NCBI GenBank assembly: GCA_030264375.1
Contig: JASCQW010000081.1
Span: 60,504,224-60,568,223 of the forward strand
Source of the DNA: Carcharhinus longimanus
Lineage: Eukaryota
Length of the DNA stretch: 64,000 nt
Direction of reading: 5' to 3'
Of the stretch, positions 38,421 through 50,701 are shown one piece after another. The notes under the pieces were generated by a model. It worked only from the letters and a program-made list of their open reading frames with translations, was not told the DNA's origin and did no database searches. Both the position numbers and the translations under genes were made by a program. The first letter of the stretch is position 1. The number at the start of each line of letters is the position of its first letter.

Positions 38421-40514
38421 TTGGTTTTGCATCTGCTCACCCAACCATGTATATAGATGCTGCCCTGTCTTGAATCAGAGCAATACGCAACAACTTCTTG
38501 TGTGGCAACTCTTCGAAACCTTCCAAAGTTCTCAACGCACTACCCCGTCACCTGCCCAGTGAATGGCTGAACGTGCAGGTGGTAAGAGAGGAGGGTAGGT
38601 GAGGTACGTGGGTAAGGTGCACAAGGTGCCACATGGACAGTGTTGACTTCAATTCAGGAGAGCGGAAAGTAGGGTTGGGCCAGGTCAGATCAGGGTGGAG
38701 GATGAGGTTCCAGGGGTTAGATTACGATTTTTCTGACTTAATTCCTGGACAATTATTCAGGTTATTAAGATGTAACCAATCAAACTCTCCAACTCCAACT
38801 CAGAGTTAGACATTTTTAAGAGGAGCCTGGGGAGTAGAGGAGTTGCCCATCAAACTGTGTGAATGGCTTGGTTTTGTTCGAAGCAGCCACAGTGTTATTG
38901 GTTCGTCAACTGTAAAGGAACTCTGAAAAGCTCCATCATCAGGATATTCATGACTTGAAGGAGAGAAGATTCATAGAAATGTGGCTTGCTACAATAGTGT
39001 ACCTGTGAAAGTCAGGATGAAGACTCAGATAGTAATCCTGACCTTTTCCTGGGTGAATAAAGAACAATTTGAAAGTGTGCAACAATGTAATGCCATACAT
39101 GCGGAATACTTGTGGTTATCCAAGATATATATTTGTTGCATCGATGATTTAAAAGTGAAATTTATCTTTTTATTCATAGTACCATTTGTCTGTTGATCCA
39201 GGCTTATTTTATTTTGATTCTAATTTGTGTTAAAACAAAAGTTACAAAATGTGAAATTTTATTTATAACTTTTCATTTGGGGTGATTCAGTAACTGTGGA
39301 ACAAAATCTGCTCTCCCTCTTTTAGTAATTGGATATGCCAAATCTCAAACTTGAGAAAATAAAGTACACCATCTTTATGCAGTTGGGCAACCTTTCCTAG
39401 ATTTGAGGAACTACCGCTCAGCTTTCTATTTTAATATAACCTACGCTAATTAGGTTGTGTACATCATATCATGTGAAACTATACCCATCCAATAATAGTT
39501 GATTTTCTTGGTTCTTTGAGTCAGGGAGGATTTTTTTCATCTTTTTTCCCCTTCAGTTCGCTTCTTCCTCCTATTTCTTTTTTACTTTCTCTTCCAAATG
39601 AGAAGTTATTAAATTATTACTGACTGTAAGCTATTTCTGTACTGTTACTCATTAAGCTTGTTAAAGCTTATAAGCAGAAATGAGAGAAAAAGGAAAAATC
39701 TTAGTTACTCCCAAACAGCCTCTCCAGCAGTGAAAATAAACTTACTAGTGTTGTTTGTATGTCCTTGAAATTTTAATTGCTGCAGACATTATTTACAACT
39801 TTGTCTCTTTTCCACTCTTAATCAATTATCATTTACTCACTTATACAATTCATGACACTAAATTCTACTTCCTGGTTCAGACCCTATGTTGTCTATTAAC
39901 AATACTGTAATATGATTGCTTAAGGGGACATACAATTGCATGCCTTGTTCACAGAGGTCCCTGATGCCCTGCGGAGGGTGTTGCACCATATGGGAGACTA
40001 ATTTACAGGAACTTCCTTTACAAAAGATCATACAAATGATATATGCAAAGGCAAGTCCTTTTGCCAGTTCCAACAAATGCAGGCCCAATGACCTGAGCTT
40101 TTCTTGTAATAAATTTCTTTGCAAGAATTAAATATCCTTTCAAATGCAGAATATTTTTAAAGGACTTCTACTCAGACAAAATGCTGGATAAGTTAAATTT
40201 AAACACTATTGACTGTAATCAGTAGTGTAATGTATTATTGGAAGTTTTATTTCTACTTAGTTTCCAGGTTCATCAAAAAGGTCGACTGAAGTGAAGCCTC
40301 CGCAATGGCCTTAAGCTCATAATACCAATGTAAGATACTTGGGTCTGATGTTACCAAGCCAAATAGCAAGATGGCCACTAATGTACTGATTCTATTTTTT
40401 TTAACTGATATAAAAAGGGGGCTGTTTTATTTTTGGAAATGGAGGAAATGGCAAGGGAGGAAATTGCTGGGGCCTTCAGAGAAATCTTTGTATCCTCACT
40501 GGCTACAGGGGAGG

Positions 40515-40628
40515 GCATGATGTGGAGATGCCGGCTTTGGACAGAGGTAAACACAGTAAGAAGTCTCACACCAGGTTAAAGTCCAACAGGTTTATTTGGT
40601 AGCAAAAGCCTGGTGTTGAGAGACTTCT
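40515..40628. mobile_element. Mini Penelope insertion flanked by an 11-bp direct repeat
   Basis: tacaggggagg at 40504-40514 and 40629-40639; the insert has aagaagtctcacaccagg...cctggtgttgagagacttctt inverted ends. Confidence 0.8.
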
Positions 40629-41029
40629 TACAGGGGAGGTCCCAGAGGATTAGAGAATAGACAATGTTGTTCCTTTGTTTAAGAAAGATAGCAAGGGTAA
40701 TCCAGGTACTTACAGGCTGGTGAGCCTCATGTCAGTGGTCGGAAAATTATTGGAGAGGATTCTTTGAGATAGGATTTACTGCCACTTAAAAATAAGTGGA
40801 CGTATTAGCGAGAGGCAACATGGATTTGTGAAGGGGCAGTTGTGTCTCACTGACTTGATCGAGTAAGTGACAATGATGACTGATGAGGGTAGGGTAATGG
40901 ATGTTGTCCACATGGACTTCAGTAAGGTCTTCGACAAGATCCCTCATGGCAGACTGGTACAGAAAGTCAAATTGCATGGGATCAGAGGTTAGCTGGCAAA
41001 ATGGATATAGAACTGGTTCAGTCATAGAA

Positions 41030-41565
41030 GTGGAGATGCTGGCGTTGCACTGGGGTAAACATACTAAGAAGTCTCATAACACCAGGTTAAAGTCCAACAG
41101 GTTTATTTGGGAGCACAAGCCACTAGCTTTCGGAGTGCTGCTCCTTCATCAGGTAAGCGGGAGTTCTGTTCACAAAAGGGCACATAAAGACACAAACTCA
41201 ATTTACAAAATAATGATTGGATTGCACGTCTTTAAGGTATAGAAAATGTGAGTAGAGAGGGGGTTAAGCACAGGTTAAACAGATGTATATTGTCTCCAGC
41301 GAGGACTGAGATTTTGCAAGCCAAGCCTAGTCAAGGTGTTTTTTTTTACAGATAGTGAGACATGAACCCAAGATCCCGGTTGAGGCTGTCCTCATGTGTG
41401 CAAAACTTGGCTATAAGTCTCTGCTCAGCGACTCTCCATTGTGTGTTACGATGACCGCCTTGGAGAATGCTTACCTGAAGATCAGAGGCTGAATGCCTAT
41501 GACCGCTGAAGTGTTCCCAGGCAAAACTGTTCTCTTCCTGTTGGGGAACACTTCAGTGGTCACAG
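41030..41565 (-). mobile_element. Penelope-like element 3' fragment nested in CR1
   Basis: Similar to the left arm of 31989-32952; ends in a short inversion (gaccgctgaagtgttccc / gggaacacttcagtggtc). Confidence 0.8.
41121..41158 (-). ncRNA. Minimal type I hammerhead ribozyme motif, best-preserved copy
   Basis: Reverse strand: uac-CUGAUGA-a-GGAG-cagca-CUCC-GAAA-gc-UA-gug. Confidence 0.7.
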
Positions 41566-43109
41566 ACAACGCAAAGATAGGTACATTTGCAGGTAGTGAT
41601 GAGGACCGTCAAAGGATACAGCAGGATAGGGATCAGTTGGTGACTTGAGTGGAGAGATGGCAGCTGGAGTTCAATCTGAACAAATATGACGTAATGCATT
41701 TTGGAAGGTCTAATGCAGATAGGAAATATACAGTAAATGGCAGAACCCTTAAGAGTACAGATAGGCAGAGGGATCTGAGTGGACAGATACACAAATCACA
41801 GAAAGTGGCAAAGCAGATGGAGAAGGTAGTCAAGAAGGCATGCCTGTCTACATCGACTGGGACACTGTTTAAAAATTGGCAAGTCATGTTACAGCTTTTT
41901 CAAACCTTAGTTAGGCCGCACTTGGAATATACTGTTCAATTCTGGTTGCCACACTACCAGAAGGATGTGGAGACTTGAGAGGATACAGAAAAGATTTACC
42001 AGGATGTTGCCTGGTATGGAGGGCATTAGCTATGCGAACGTTTGGAGAAACTTGGTTTGTTCTCACTGGAACGACAGAGGTTGAGGGGCAACCTGATAGC
42101 AGTCTACAAGATTATGCGGGGGGAATAAATGGATAGTCAGAAGCTTTTACCCAGGATGGAAGTCAATTAATAGGAGGCATACATTGAAGGTGCGAGGGGC
42201 AGGGTTTAAAGGAGATGTACAAGACAAGTTTTTTTTTAACCAGAGGGTGATGAGTGCCTAGAACTCTCAGCCAGGGGAGGTAATGGAAGCAGATACGACA
42301 GTGACCACTAAGGGGCTTCTGGACAAATAGAGGGATATAATCCCCGGAAGGGTAGGGGGTTTTAGTTCAGTCGGGCAGCATGGTTGTTGCAGGTTTGGAG
42401 GGCTGTAGGGCCTGTACCTGTGCTCTAATTTTCTTTGTATTTAAGCGTACTAACTGGTGCACCATAGTAACATGACTCTGCCATGAGACAACCTGATTGT
42501 ATGCTGCCATTTCTCATCAGTTCAATAAAGCGTCTCACTGACAACACACTGAAGTACAACTGTTCTTAAACATGAAATATGGTGTCAGAAAGTGAAAAAT
42601 AAATTGAATCCTGGAAATGCTACAGAGAAGACAGCTCATACACACATGAAAATGTTCAAAACTGTAAAGAAATCAACTCCTACACGAAGAGTTCAGAAAA
42701 AACTCAGCTGCAGAACAATTACAAAAGAAACGGAGACAAAGACTGCAGGTAAATCATTGGATGACCAATATAGCTGCGGTAAATTTCCCACTCCTATCTC
42801 CAGTCAAACTGGAAGGCATTGTGGAACAAAAACAAAACAAAGAACAACCCAGCACGGGAAACAGGCCCTTCGGCCCAACGAGCCCGCGCCGCCGCATCCT
42901 CCTACANNNNNNNNNNNNNNNNNNNNNNNNNNNNNNNNNNNNNNNNNNNNNNNNNNNNNNNNNNNNNNNNNNNNNNNNNNNNNNNNNNNNNNNNNNNNNN
43001 NNNNNNATCGGTCTACCTTTTATCACGTAGCTCCTCTCTGCATTATTCCTTCCAAAATGCATCACCTCGCATTTGTCAGGATTGTGTGGCAAAACTAGCA
43101 GTTATTTCA

Positions 43110-43437
43110 CTTAATTTATTCATGGGATGTGGGTCAGCATTTATTGTTCATCTCTGAGGGCATGTAAGAGTCAACCACATTGCTGTGGACCTGGAATCTG
43201 TAGGCCACGTCAGGAAAGGATGGCAGATTTCCTTCCCTAAACAACATTAGTCAATCAGATGGGTTTTTATGACAATCAACAGTGGTTTCAGAATCAACAT
43301 TAGACTTTTAATTCCAGGTTTTTATTGAATTTGAATCTCACCATGGTGGTGGTGAGATTCGAACCCTGGTCCCCAAAGCATTGCCCTGGATCTCTGGATT
43401 CCAAGTCCAGCAACAATATAACTACGTTCCTGCCTCC
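43110..43437 (-). mobile_element. tRNA-derived SINE (different family) nested in the Gypsy gag region
   Basis: Reverse strand: ...ggggaccagggttcgaatctcaccacc...aattcaataaaaacctggaattaaaagtctaatg. Confidence 0.7.
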
Positions 43438-44087
43438 TTTCAATGACAAAAAACTATGAGATTGCAATACACTTAATTAACGAGCTTGAATCAATAAGGA
43501 TAGCCACACTTCTAACATGGCAGTGGAGGGACTGCTAAAAAGTGTATAACCAAAAGAAAACAGATGGTAGAGATTTTGAATGCACATTCTGAACCTCGAG
43601 TGAATGTTACACATGAATGATATGTATTCAACATTAGAGTACAAAGTTCACAAGAAACCATCAAACAATATATGATGGCTGTAACGCTGCTGACAGGATC
43701 ATATATGAATTTGGACAGCGAAACATTGTGTTTGCCATGCAAGACCCTTCCGCAAAAGCAAGTCTACTGAAAGATAAGAAACTGATTTTCAAGAAAGAGA
43801 GGTGTGTGTTGAAATACAGAAGTTGCAGAGCAGACCAAGAGATGCATTTTGTTGAAACAAATTGTCTGCAATTGGTGCTTTTGGCATGCAATGGGCAAGA
43901 TGCAAATACTGCAGAGGACTGCAGACAAAGGAAAATAAGGATTTTTCAGCATGGGGAAAGCAGCTTTTAACGGCAAAAAGCAGAATTATTTTGCACACAA
44001 GTGTATGGCAAGAAAAAAATTAAAACAAGCCTTTACAAATGTTGGCAGGAGAACGATCAGAAGAATCTAATGATGACTCTAATGCGT

Positions 44088-44370
44088 AGCATGGTGGCAC
44101 AGTGATTAGCATTGCTGCCTCACATCATCAGGGTCCCAGGTTCAATTCTGGCCTCGGGTCACTATCTGCGTGGAGCTTGCATATTCTCCCCATGTCTGTA
44201 TGTGGTTTCCTCCGGTTGCTTCAAACATGGGTAGGCTAGGTGGATTGGCCATGCTAAATTGACCCTACTGTCAGAGGGATTAGTAGGATAAATGTGCGCG
44301 GTTTGGGAACAGGGCCAGGGTGTGATTATGGTTGGCGCAAACTCGATGGGCAGAATGGCTATGATTCTCA
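44088..44370 (+). mobile_element. HE1/V-SINE nested in Gypsy
   Basis: catggtggcacagtgattagcattgctgcctcac...ggttcaattc...gattggccatgctaaattg. Confidence 0.85.
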
Positions 44371-47256
44371 GAACTATATACCATAGAGTTGGCTCAGTAA
44401 AATCTTTGAGACAAATGATTTGTGACCATTATAATGATGACTGCAGAAGGGCAGTATCAAGCAAACAAAAAGTGTCAGATAGACACAGTGCATCATTCAA
44501 CATCATGACCTTCACAGATCTGTGTGAAGTGGCTCAACATGATGATCTGAAAATGGAGCCTTCAAAAGTAAGATTGAGGCTATACGATGCTCATAATGAG
44601 TGCCCAAATTCGCATGACATTCCACACAATGTCAAAATANNNNNNNNNNNNNNNNNNNNNNNNNNNNNNNNNNNNNNNNNNNNNNNNNNNNNNNNNNNNN
44701 NNNNNNNNNNNNNNNNNNNNNNNNNNNNNNNNNNNNNNNTTCGCATGACATTCCACACAATGTCAAAATAGACAGACGGATCAGGGACTGCCTCATGTTG
44801 TCTGTGTGCTATCTTCTGGAGCCACAGAAATGCTGAATGGCACGTGCAGCCATCTGTATCTCCCGAATAGCATCCATTAGGTTATTAGAATTCTGCTGTT
44901 TTCATCCAGCTGGGACAGGCCACACATTTCAGCTGAAGTAAGTCTAAAGCTTGGACTAGTAACCCTAAATGTGCAGAGATTTGCAGATGTCACAACAGAC
45001 AAAATGACTGACAATAGAAGAGATCCCTGAGGTCAACAAAATGTGACTACAGGGTTGGGACATCTACCAGGAAAATATAAATCGGGAAATAGGTGAGGTG
45101 CCAATACTGAAGTACAATGATGAAGTCACCTTGCACTGTGACAGCAGCGAGATGGATCTGGGAGCAACTCAGATACAACCAGGACAACTGGACTCACTTG
45201 CATGCAGGACATAAGCACAAGCTGAGCAATGCAATTTTCAGATTGAGAAAGAATGTGAGCATTTTCAACTGTACCTGCTTGAAAGAGACACAGCAATTCC
45301 AACTGCAAGTCCTTTAAGAGCACTTTTTGCAAAAAGATACTCTGTTCAAAAATATCTGCAAAGATTATTACTTTATTTACAAATCTATCATCTGGATATG
45401 ACATACAAGCAAGGGAAACAGATGTACATTGCAGACGTGCTGTTCAGAGTAGTGCTTCCCACAAAGATTGCTGAAGATGCTGCAAAATGTTCCAGATTCA
45501 ATGAGAAGCAGCAGCCAGACATGATCTGGAAGCCATCAATCCAACAAAGATACTAAATGTGATGGACAAGAGCCTTGTCAAATCAAGCGAATTATCCAAT
45601 ATGCAACTCTATGAGCACTGCAGGAGGTAGTGATGAAAGGATGGCCCAAGAACATCAAGAACACACCTGTGATCACAACAGCCTATTGGGTAAACTTGAG
45701 ATAAAGAGACAGCCCAGAATGGCATCTTGAACAAAGAAAATGAAGTCATCAACCTACAGGAGATGGGAGAAGAGATGCTGAAACACACTGACTATCTTGT
45801 CACTGCAGACCACTAGGAATTCGACCAGCTAACTTCAATGACAAAGGAAGAAATAGCAGGATGCTTCAAAGCCCACTTCAGTCCGTACAGCATTCAAGAC
45901 ATTGTGAGGAGTGACAATGGTTCTCAGTTCACAGTGAAGAATTCAGCCAATTCACAGTGCATTGGGAAATTCAGCATTTCATCGTCAATGTACTGTCTCA
46001 TTCAAAAGGAAAGGCTCTGGCAGCAATGAAAATTGCCAAAGGGCTCATCAAAAAATCAAGCAAAACTACCAGACATACGCAAGGCATTCCTTGAATGGAG
46101 AAACACACTAACTGAAGGCATGGAAAGAAGGCCTGAACAGAGAGTCATGTCATGCCACATGGAAACTACTCTGCTAATAACAAAGGAGCGACTGAAGCCA
46201 AAAGCAGTGACAGATGGGAATGAAAAGATCAAGGTGAAACACCAGGATTCCAAATTTCAGTTTGACAAAACTGCCAAACCATTATCAGAGCTGAGACCCA
46301 AAGAGGAAATCTTTAACAGGAGATAGGCCAAGTGGAAACTTGGCATGTGCAGAGAAATTGTCACCTTGGAAGTGAATGACCAAATGTCCCAACAACCACA
46401 GGCACATCCAAACAACCAGTGAAGATGTTCCTTCACAGCAATCAGCAGGTCAGAGAGAAGGATTTGCATCAGCTGCACTGAGTCCGGAATTATCATCAAT
46501 CTCAGAGGTCCACAAGCCCCAACAACTGTAATGAAACAGCACCCACCTAGGCAACAAGGGCCACAGGAACAGTACTCTCCAGACAAGGAACATCACACAA
46601 ATGAACAGCCAATATCAATGCATACATGTTCCATTAAGCCATCTGCAGTTTAAGACAGTGTGTGCAATGCGTGTGCAGAGACTGGCAAGGAATACAAACA
46701 GTTGCTAAGACATGAGAACAGCAGATAATTCAGTCACACAGGATCATGCATGCAAATGTGTCTTTTAATCAATAGGCACAAAGGATGTTTGTATCTTTTG
46801 CCCAATATGAAAAGGGTTTTGGAAATGTAATCTTACCAAGTGTACTGATGTGCCATTGTCATGTGACTCGCCATGCTGCAAGCTGATTGTAAACTGATAC
46901 TTGTCTTCAGTTCAATAAAGCTTCTCACTGAGAACACACTGCCTTTAAGCATGAAACATGTATGAAGACTAAACAATTGCACAATTGAGTCCGTTGTTAC
47001 ATTCAACAGATCATTGTCTGCCATCTGTTACTTTGAGTGATGCCACTATTTTATTCAAGCAAATATTTTCTCCATGATGCCCTGCCACTCCTCAGTCATC
47101 CCAAAATTCCACACCTCTTTCCACAGCACCTTCTCATGCAAATATAGGAAATGCTACATTTGCCTTTTCACTTCTTTTCCCCAGCCCATTGTCCTACCTC
47201 CAGGTGAAATAGTCATTTTATGGTGCTCCTTTCCATTTCAATGTTGTATGTATTCC

Positions 47257-47390
47257 TAGAATCCCCAGTGCAGAATGAGGCTATTCAGCCCATCAAGTCT
47301 GCACCAACTCTCCGACAACCAATGCCATGCCCTATCCCCCAACCCCACACATTTACTCTGCAAATCCCCCTAACCTGCACATCTGTGGAC
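47257..47390 (-). mobile_element. HE1 SINE 3' tail fragment
   Basis: tagaatccccagtgcag...ttcagcccatcaagtctgcacc...ctaacctgcacatct. Confidence 0.7.
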
Positions 47391-47399
47391 TCAGCTCAC

Positions 47400-47875
47400 A
47401 GTCTGCACGAGGCGACAAAATAGACGACAAGAGCATATTTGATTCTCTTCAATCCCAGTTTCCAACGTTGCTCTACTGAAACACAAGCTTGATGAACAAC
47501 ATTTATTCTTTCAAATCAGCACTTTGCAGCCTTCCAGACTCAATATTTTTGTATCTTTCATATAATAGTCACACCCCTCCTTTTTCCTGACAGAAAATGT
47601 TGACAATAAATCTACTATTCCATCTTGCATTTTCACTAGACCCATTTTTGTCTTACCCCATTACTATCCCTCTTTGCCTTGCATCATCAATCCTTTTATC
47701 ATTCATCTCCTGCCTTTTACTCTGTAAAGACCTGCCCTTTTTTCTTTCCTCCACTCCTCTTTTTCCTTGCCTCTTGCTTAATGTTACATTTTTAAAGTTT
47801 TCCTGTTCTGACACAAGGTCATCAACCTGAAATATTAACTTTGCCCGACCAATGTTATCAATGTTTTCTGTTTAT
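47400..47875 (+). mobile_element. Old Penelope-like 3' end (GIY-YIG tail, degenerate hammerhead)
   Basis: HKLDEQHLFFQISTLQPSRLNIF resembles the PLE endonuclease C-terminal motif; ctgacacaaggtcatcaacctgaaatattaac. Confidence 0.6.
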
Positions 47876-49197
47876 AGTCCCTGATACATCCTTGAAGATC
47901 TTTATCAAAATTCAAACTTGCATTTAACACATTTAAATGATTATCTGTTAATCCAGAATGTAAATTCAGGGTACATTTGGTCCAAAATACGATAAAACTG
48001 AGATCATTACAATATTAGAATTAGAATTAAATGTTGGTCAATAAAAATAAAACCGTTCAGAAGCAACCAAACTATCCGAGCTTTGCTACTGTTAACGAAT
48101 TAACTACTGAATCTCTATCCTTTCCCATTTGGAACTCGCATCAGAACTAACTCCAAGAATTGTCTTAATTAAAAGCTCCATCATGGATTTCATCTCTGTA
48201 TGGAAGGGGGAAAAATGGTGGGGAGGAAAATTTTCCTATCAAATTAATCCGTAGGACACACTGGAATGCTACCACTTCATTGCAATTATGTTAAATTCTG
48301 GGAGCTCACAAGTATGGAAAGCTGTTTTAAGAACGGTGTTACAATAAATCTGACACAAACACTTGCAACACTTTCTCTCTAGTCAATTAATGTAATTTTT
48401 AGTTAAGGCTATGTTTCTACACTTGTTACAAGAGTCCTCAAACTGTAGCTAGCTCTTAGTTTATCAGCATTCCTTTATATGCATGAAACAGTTGGTGCCA
48501 GCATCTTGTCTATAGTTTGTGACTGTTCAAAAATGAAAAAACTCGAGAACCAGAAAAATAAAGTTTGGCAGTTTACAACAAAATAGTTTTCATACTCCGA
48601 GCCAGCATTACTGCAAATGCATATTGCATTTCAACTCATTTGTAGTCTGTTTTCATTGACTATGTTTAAAAGACGAATGCCTAGCCAAGAAAAGGTTCTA
48701 CAATGCATGATATACCGTATAAAATTTCTAAAGACATCATAACAGTTGCCATTTCGATTTCAAAGTACTGAGACAATTCAGTAAAAGAACGTGTGTGTTA
48801 TCGAAAAGTTATTTTTTGCGGGAAAGGTCAGGAAAAGTTCAGTAATGGCAGATACTTCAATCCATCTTTATAACAAAGGTAACAGCTCATGATGCGGCAA
48901 TCTGTTAGGGACAGAAACTATTCAAGGGTCTCCAAACTGGCAATAAAATTTACATTTTTACGAGAGAACGTCAAAGAAACGTATTTGCATCTTCAAACAA
49001 AGTAGGGTGCACTTTGAAAGTGAAGTATTCTCCAAAGAGATACCTTCCATTTAATATGTTGTCTTCTGTACATTATACCATCATTCAACTTTTACAATAC
49101 CTTAGAGGATAGGGATTTAACAATGATACAACATTACATCAAAACTTATTGCTACTGCATTAGTGAGAGAGAATTATATGAAGTTAACAGTACTTAC

Positions 49198-49308
49198 CTT
49201 AATCATTCTAGAAAGATCTCCAGCATCTGCCAATTCCAATACAATGTTTAGCTCATTGTCTTCAATGAACGATGCAAGATATTTTATTACATTTGCATGG
49301 TTCAGTTG
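49198..49308 (-). CDS. NEK7: NEK7-like kinase exon: [37 protein letters not shown]
   Basis: 111 bp; acceptor tttcacag|CAA, donor AAG|gtaagt. Confidence 0.96.
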
Positions 49309-49604
49309 CTGTGAAATAGGGAGACAAACTATTTAATCAGTTATTTGCCGTTGTGGATTTTTGCAGTGTCCGCAATTCCCAGAAGTTACAACTTAATCAA
49401 TTGCAATTTTAATCTCATTCGACTAATGTGATGAAATCACATTACCAGTCACAAAAATAATTTTCTAATAACCTGTTTTAGACATTCCACACAATCCAGA
49501 TTCTTTTGTCAGCAATGATGTTTAAGCTCAACTTAAATTCTGCCACATTCCTTGCACTAATTGTGCTGTGGCTGTGACAGGACTTAATTTAGTCCTGCAC
49601 TTAA

Positions 49605-49913
49605 TTCACAGAATCCCTATAGAACAGGAGGAAGCCATTCAGCCCATTGAATCTGCACCGACCACAAACCCACCCAGGTCCTACTCCTGCAACCCATGCA
49701 TTTTACCCCTGCTAATCCACCTGATGCTGACAGACAATTTAGTATGGCCACTCAACCTAACCTGCACATCTCTGGACTGTGGGAGGAAAGTGGAGCATCC
49801 AGAGGAAACCCACACAAACACAGGGAGAATGTTCAAACCACAGAGTGACTCGAGACCGAATTGAACCTGGGACCCTGATATTGTGAGGCAGCAGTGCTAA
49901 CCACTGTGCTGTC
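49605..49913 (-). mobile_element. HE1/V-SINE
   Basis: cacagaatccctatag...ggactgtgggaggaaagtggagcatccagagg...gtgaggcagcagtgctaaccactgtgc. Confidence 0.85.
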
Positions 49914-50079
49914 CCTTGACAGCATTCACTTTGTTGTCAAGAGTAACCAGAGATCCATTAAGTACCTTTGGGGAAAGAAAAGCCATAAAATAGCATCAAT
50001 ATTGGATTGGACCACTTTTCAGCAGCTCACGAATGGTAGCCTGTGTTACATGAGTCATTAGTAACATAAACCATCACCA

Positions 50080-50701
50080 TGGGCAGGATTCTCAGATGAT
50101 GGGGTTTCCTTCTCATCACCTGAAAGTTGGCAGAGAATGAATCCCCATCAATCACTGCAGTCATATAATGCTCCAAGCAGTGTTAATTAGGTGGAGATGG
50201 GACTTCTGCTTGACTGAGGGGCAGTTCATCTGAATGGTAGATACTTTGTGGTCCTTGCATTGTCAACAGCAGCAGTAGCCTGGACATTGGAACTACAAGC
50301 AATTCACAGATTTCAAGTCCTGAAGTCCAGGAGCAGCTAAGTTCAGGGGAGCTCACAACAGGAAGGGGACATCAAGCCTGAATGGGGTTGGGTGGGTCTT
50401 GATAGAAAGGCTGGGGATGGGGGGGAAAAAGGGGCAGATCTTACAAGTAAGGCTACTCTTGAGGGAAGCCTCCCTCTCTTCACACCCTCTGCCCAAGCAT
50501 GTGACCTGCTGGATTTCCCATGCTGCCTTTGAACTCCTACTATTAACCTCAAAATTGAGGTTGGATAGGAAATAGTCCAGAAATGGCAAATAACTGATCA
50601 AGAAAGGATCTTGGAGGGTGGCAAGGAGGACCATCCAGGGAATTTTAGTCTCCCACTACCACCCTGCACATCCACCAGGGGAGATTTAAACATCTGGCCC
50701 A
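50080..50701. mobile_element. Harbinger-like non-autonomous DNA element
   Basis: Ends tgggcaggatt... and ...aacatctggccca form imperfect TIRs; GC-richer than the flanks. Confidence 0.4.

Larger units (their letters stand above)
40430..42436 (+). mobile_element. CR1/HER1 LINE RT region with two nested Penelope insertions
   Basis: VVPLFKK..YRLVSL; MDFSKVFDKIPH; WQLEFNLNKYDVMHFGRSN...LVRPHLEYTVQFWLPHYQKDV; 3' tail cctgtgctctaattttctttg. Confidence 0.9.
42436..46958 (+). mobile_element. Ty3/Gypsy LTR retrotransposon, decayed and rearranged
   Basis: LTRs ~42436-42579 and 46826-46958 share cagttcaataaagc.tctcactga.aacacactg...catgaaa; PBS tggtgtcagaa at 42580; purine-rich tract before the 3' LTR; RNase H HCDSSEMDLGA and YKQGKQMYIADVL; integrase IVRSDNGSQFT. 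Confidence 0.85.
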
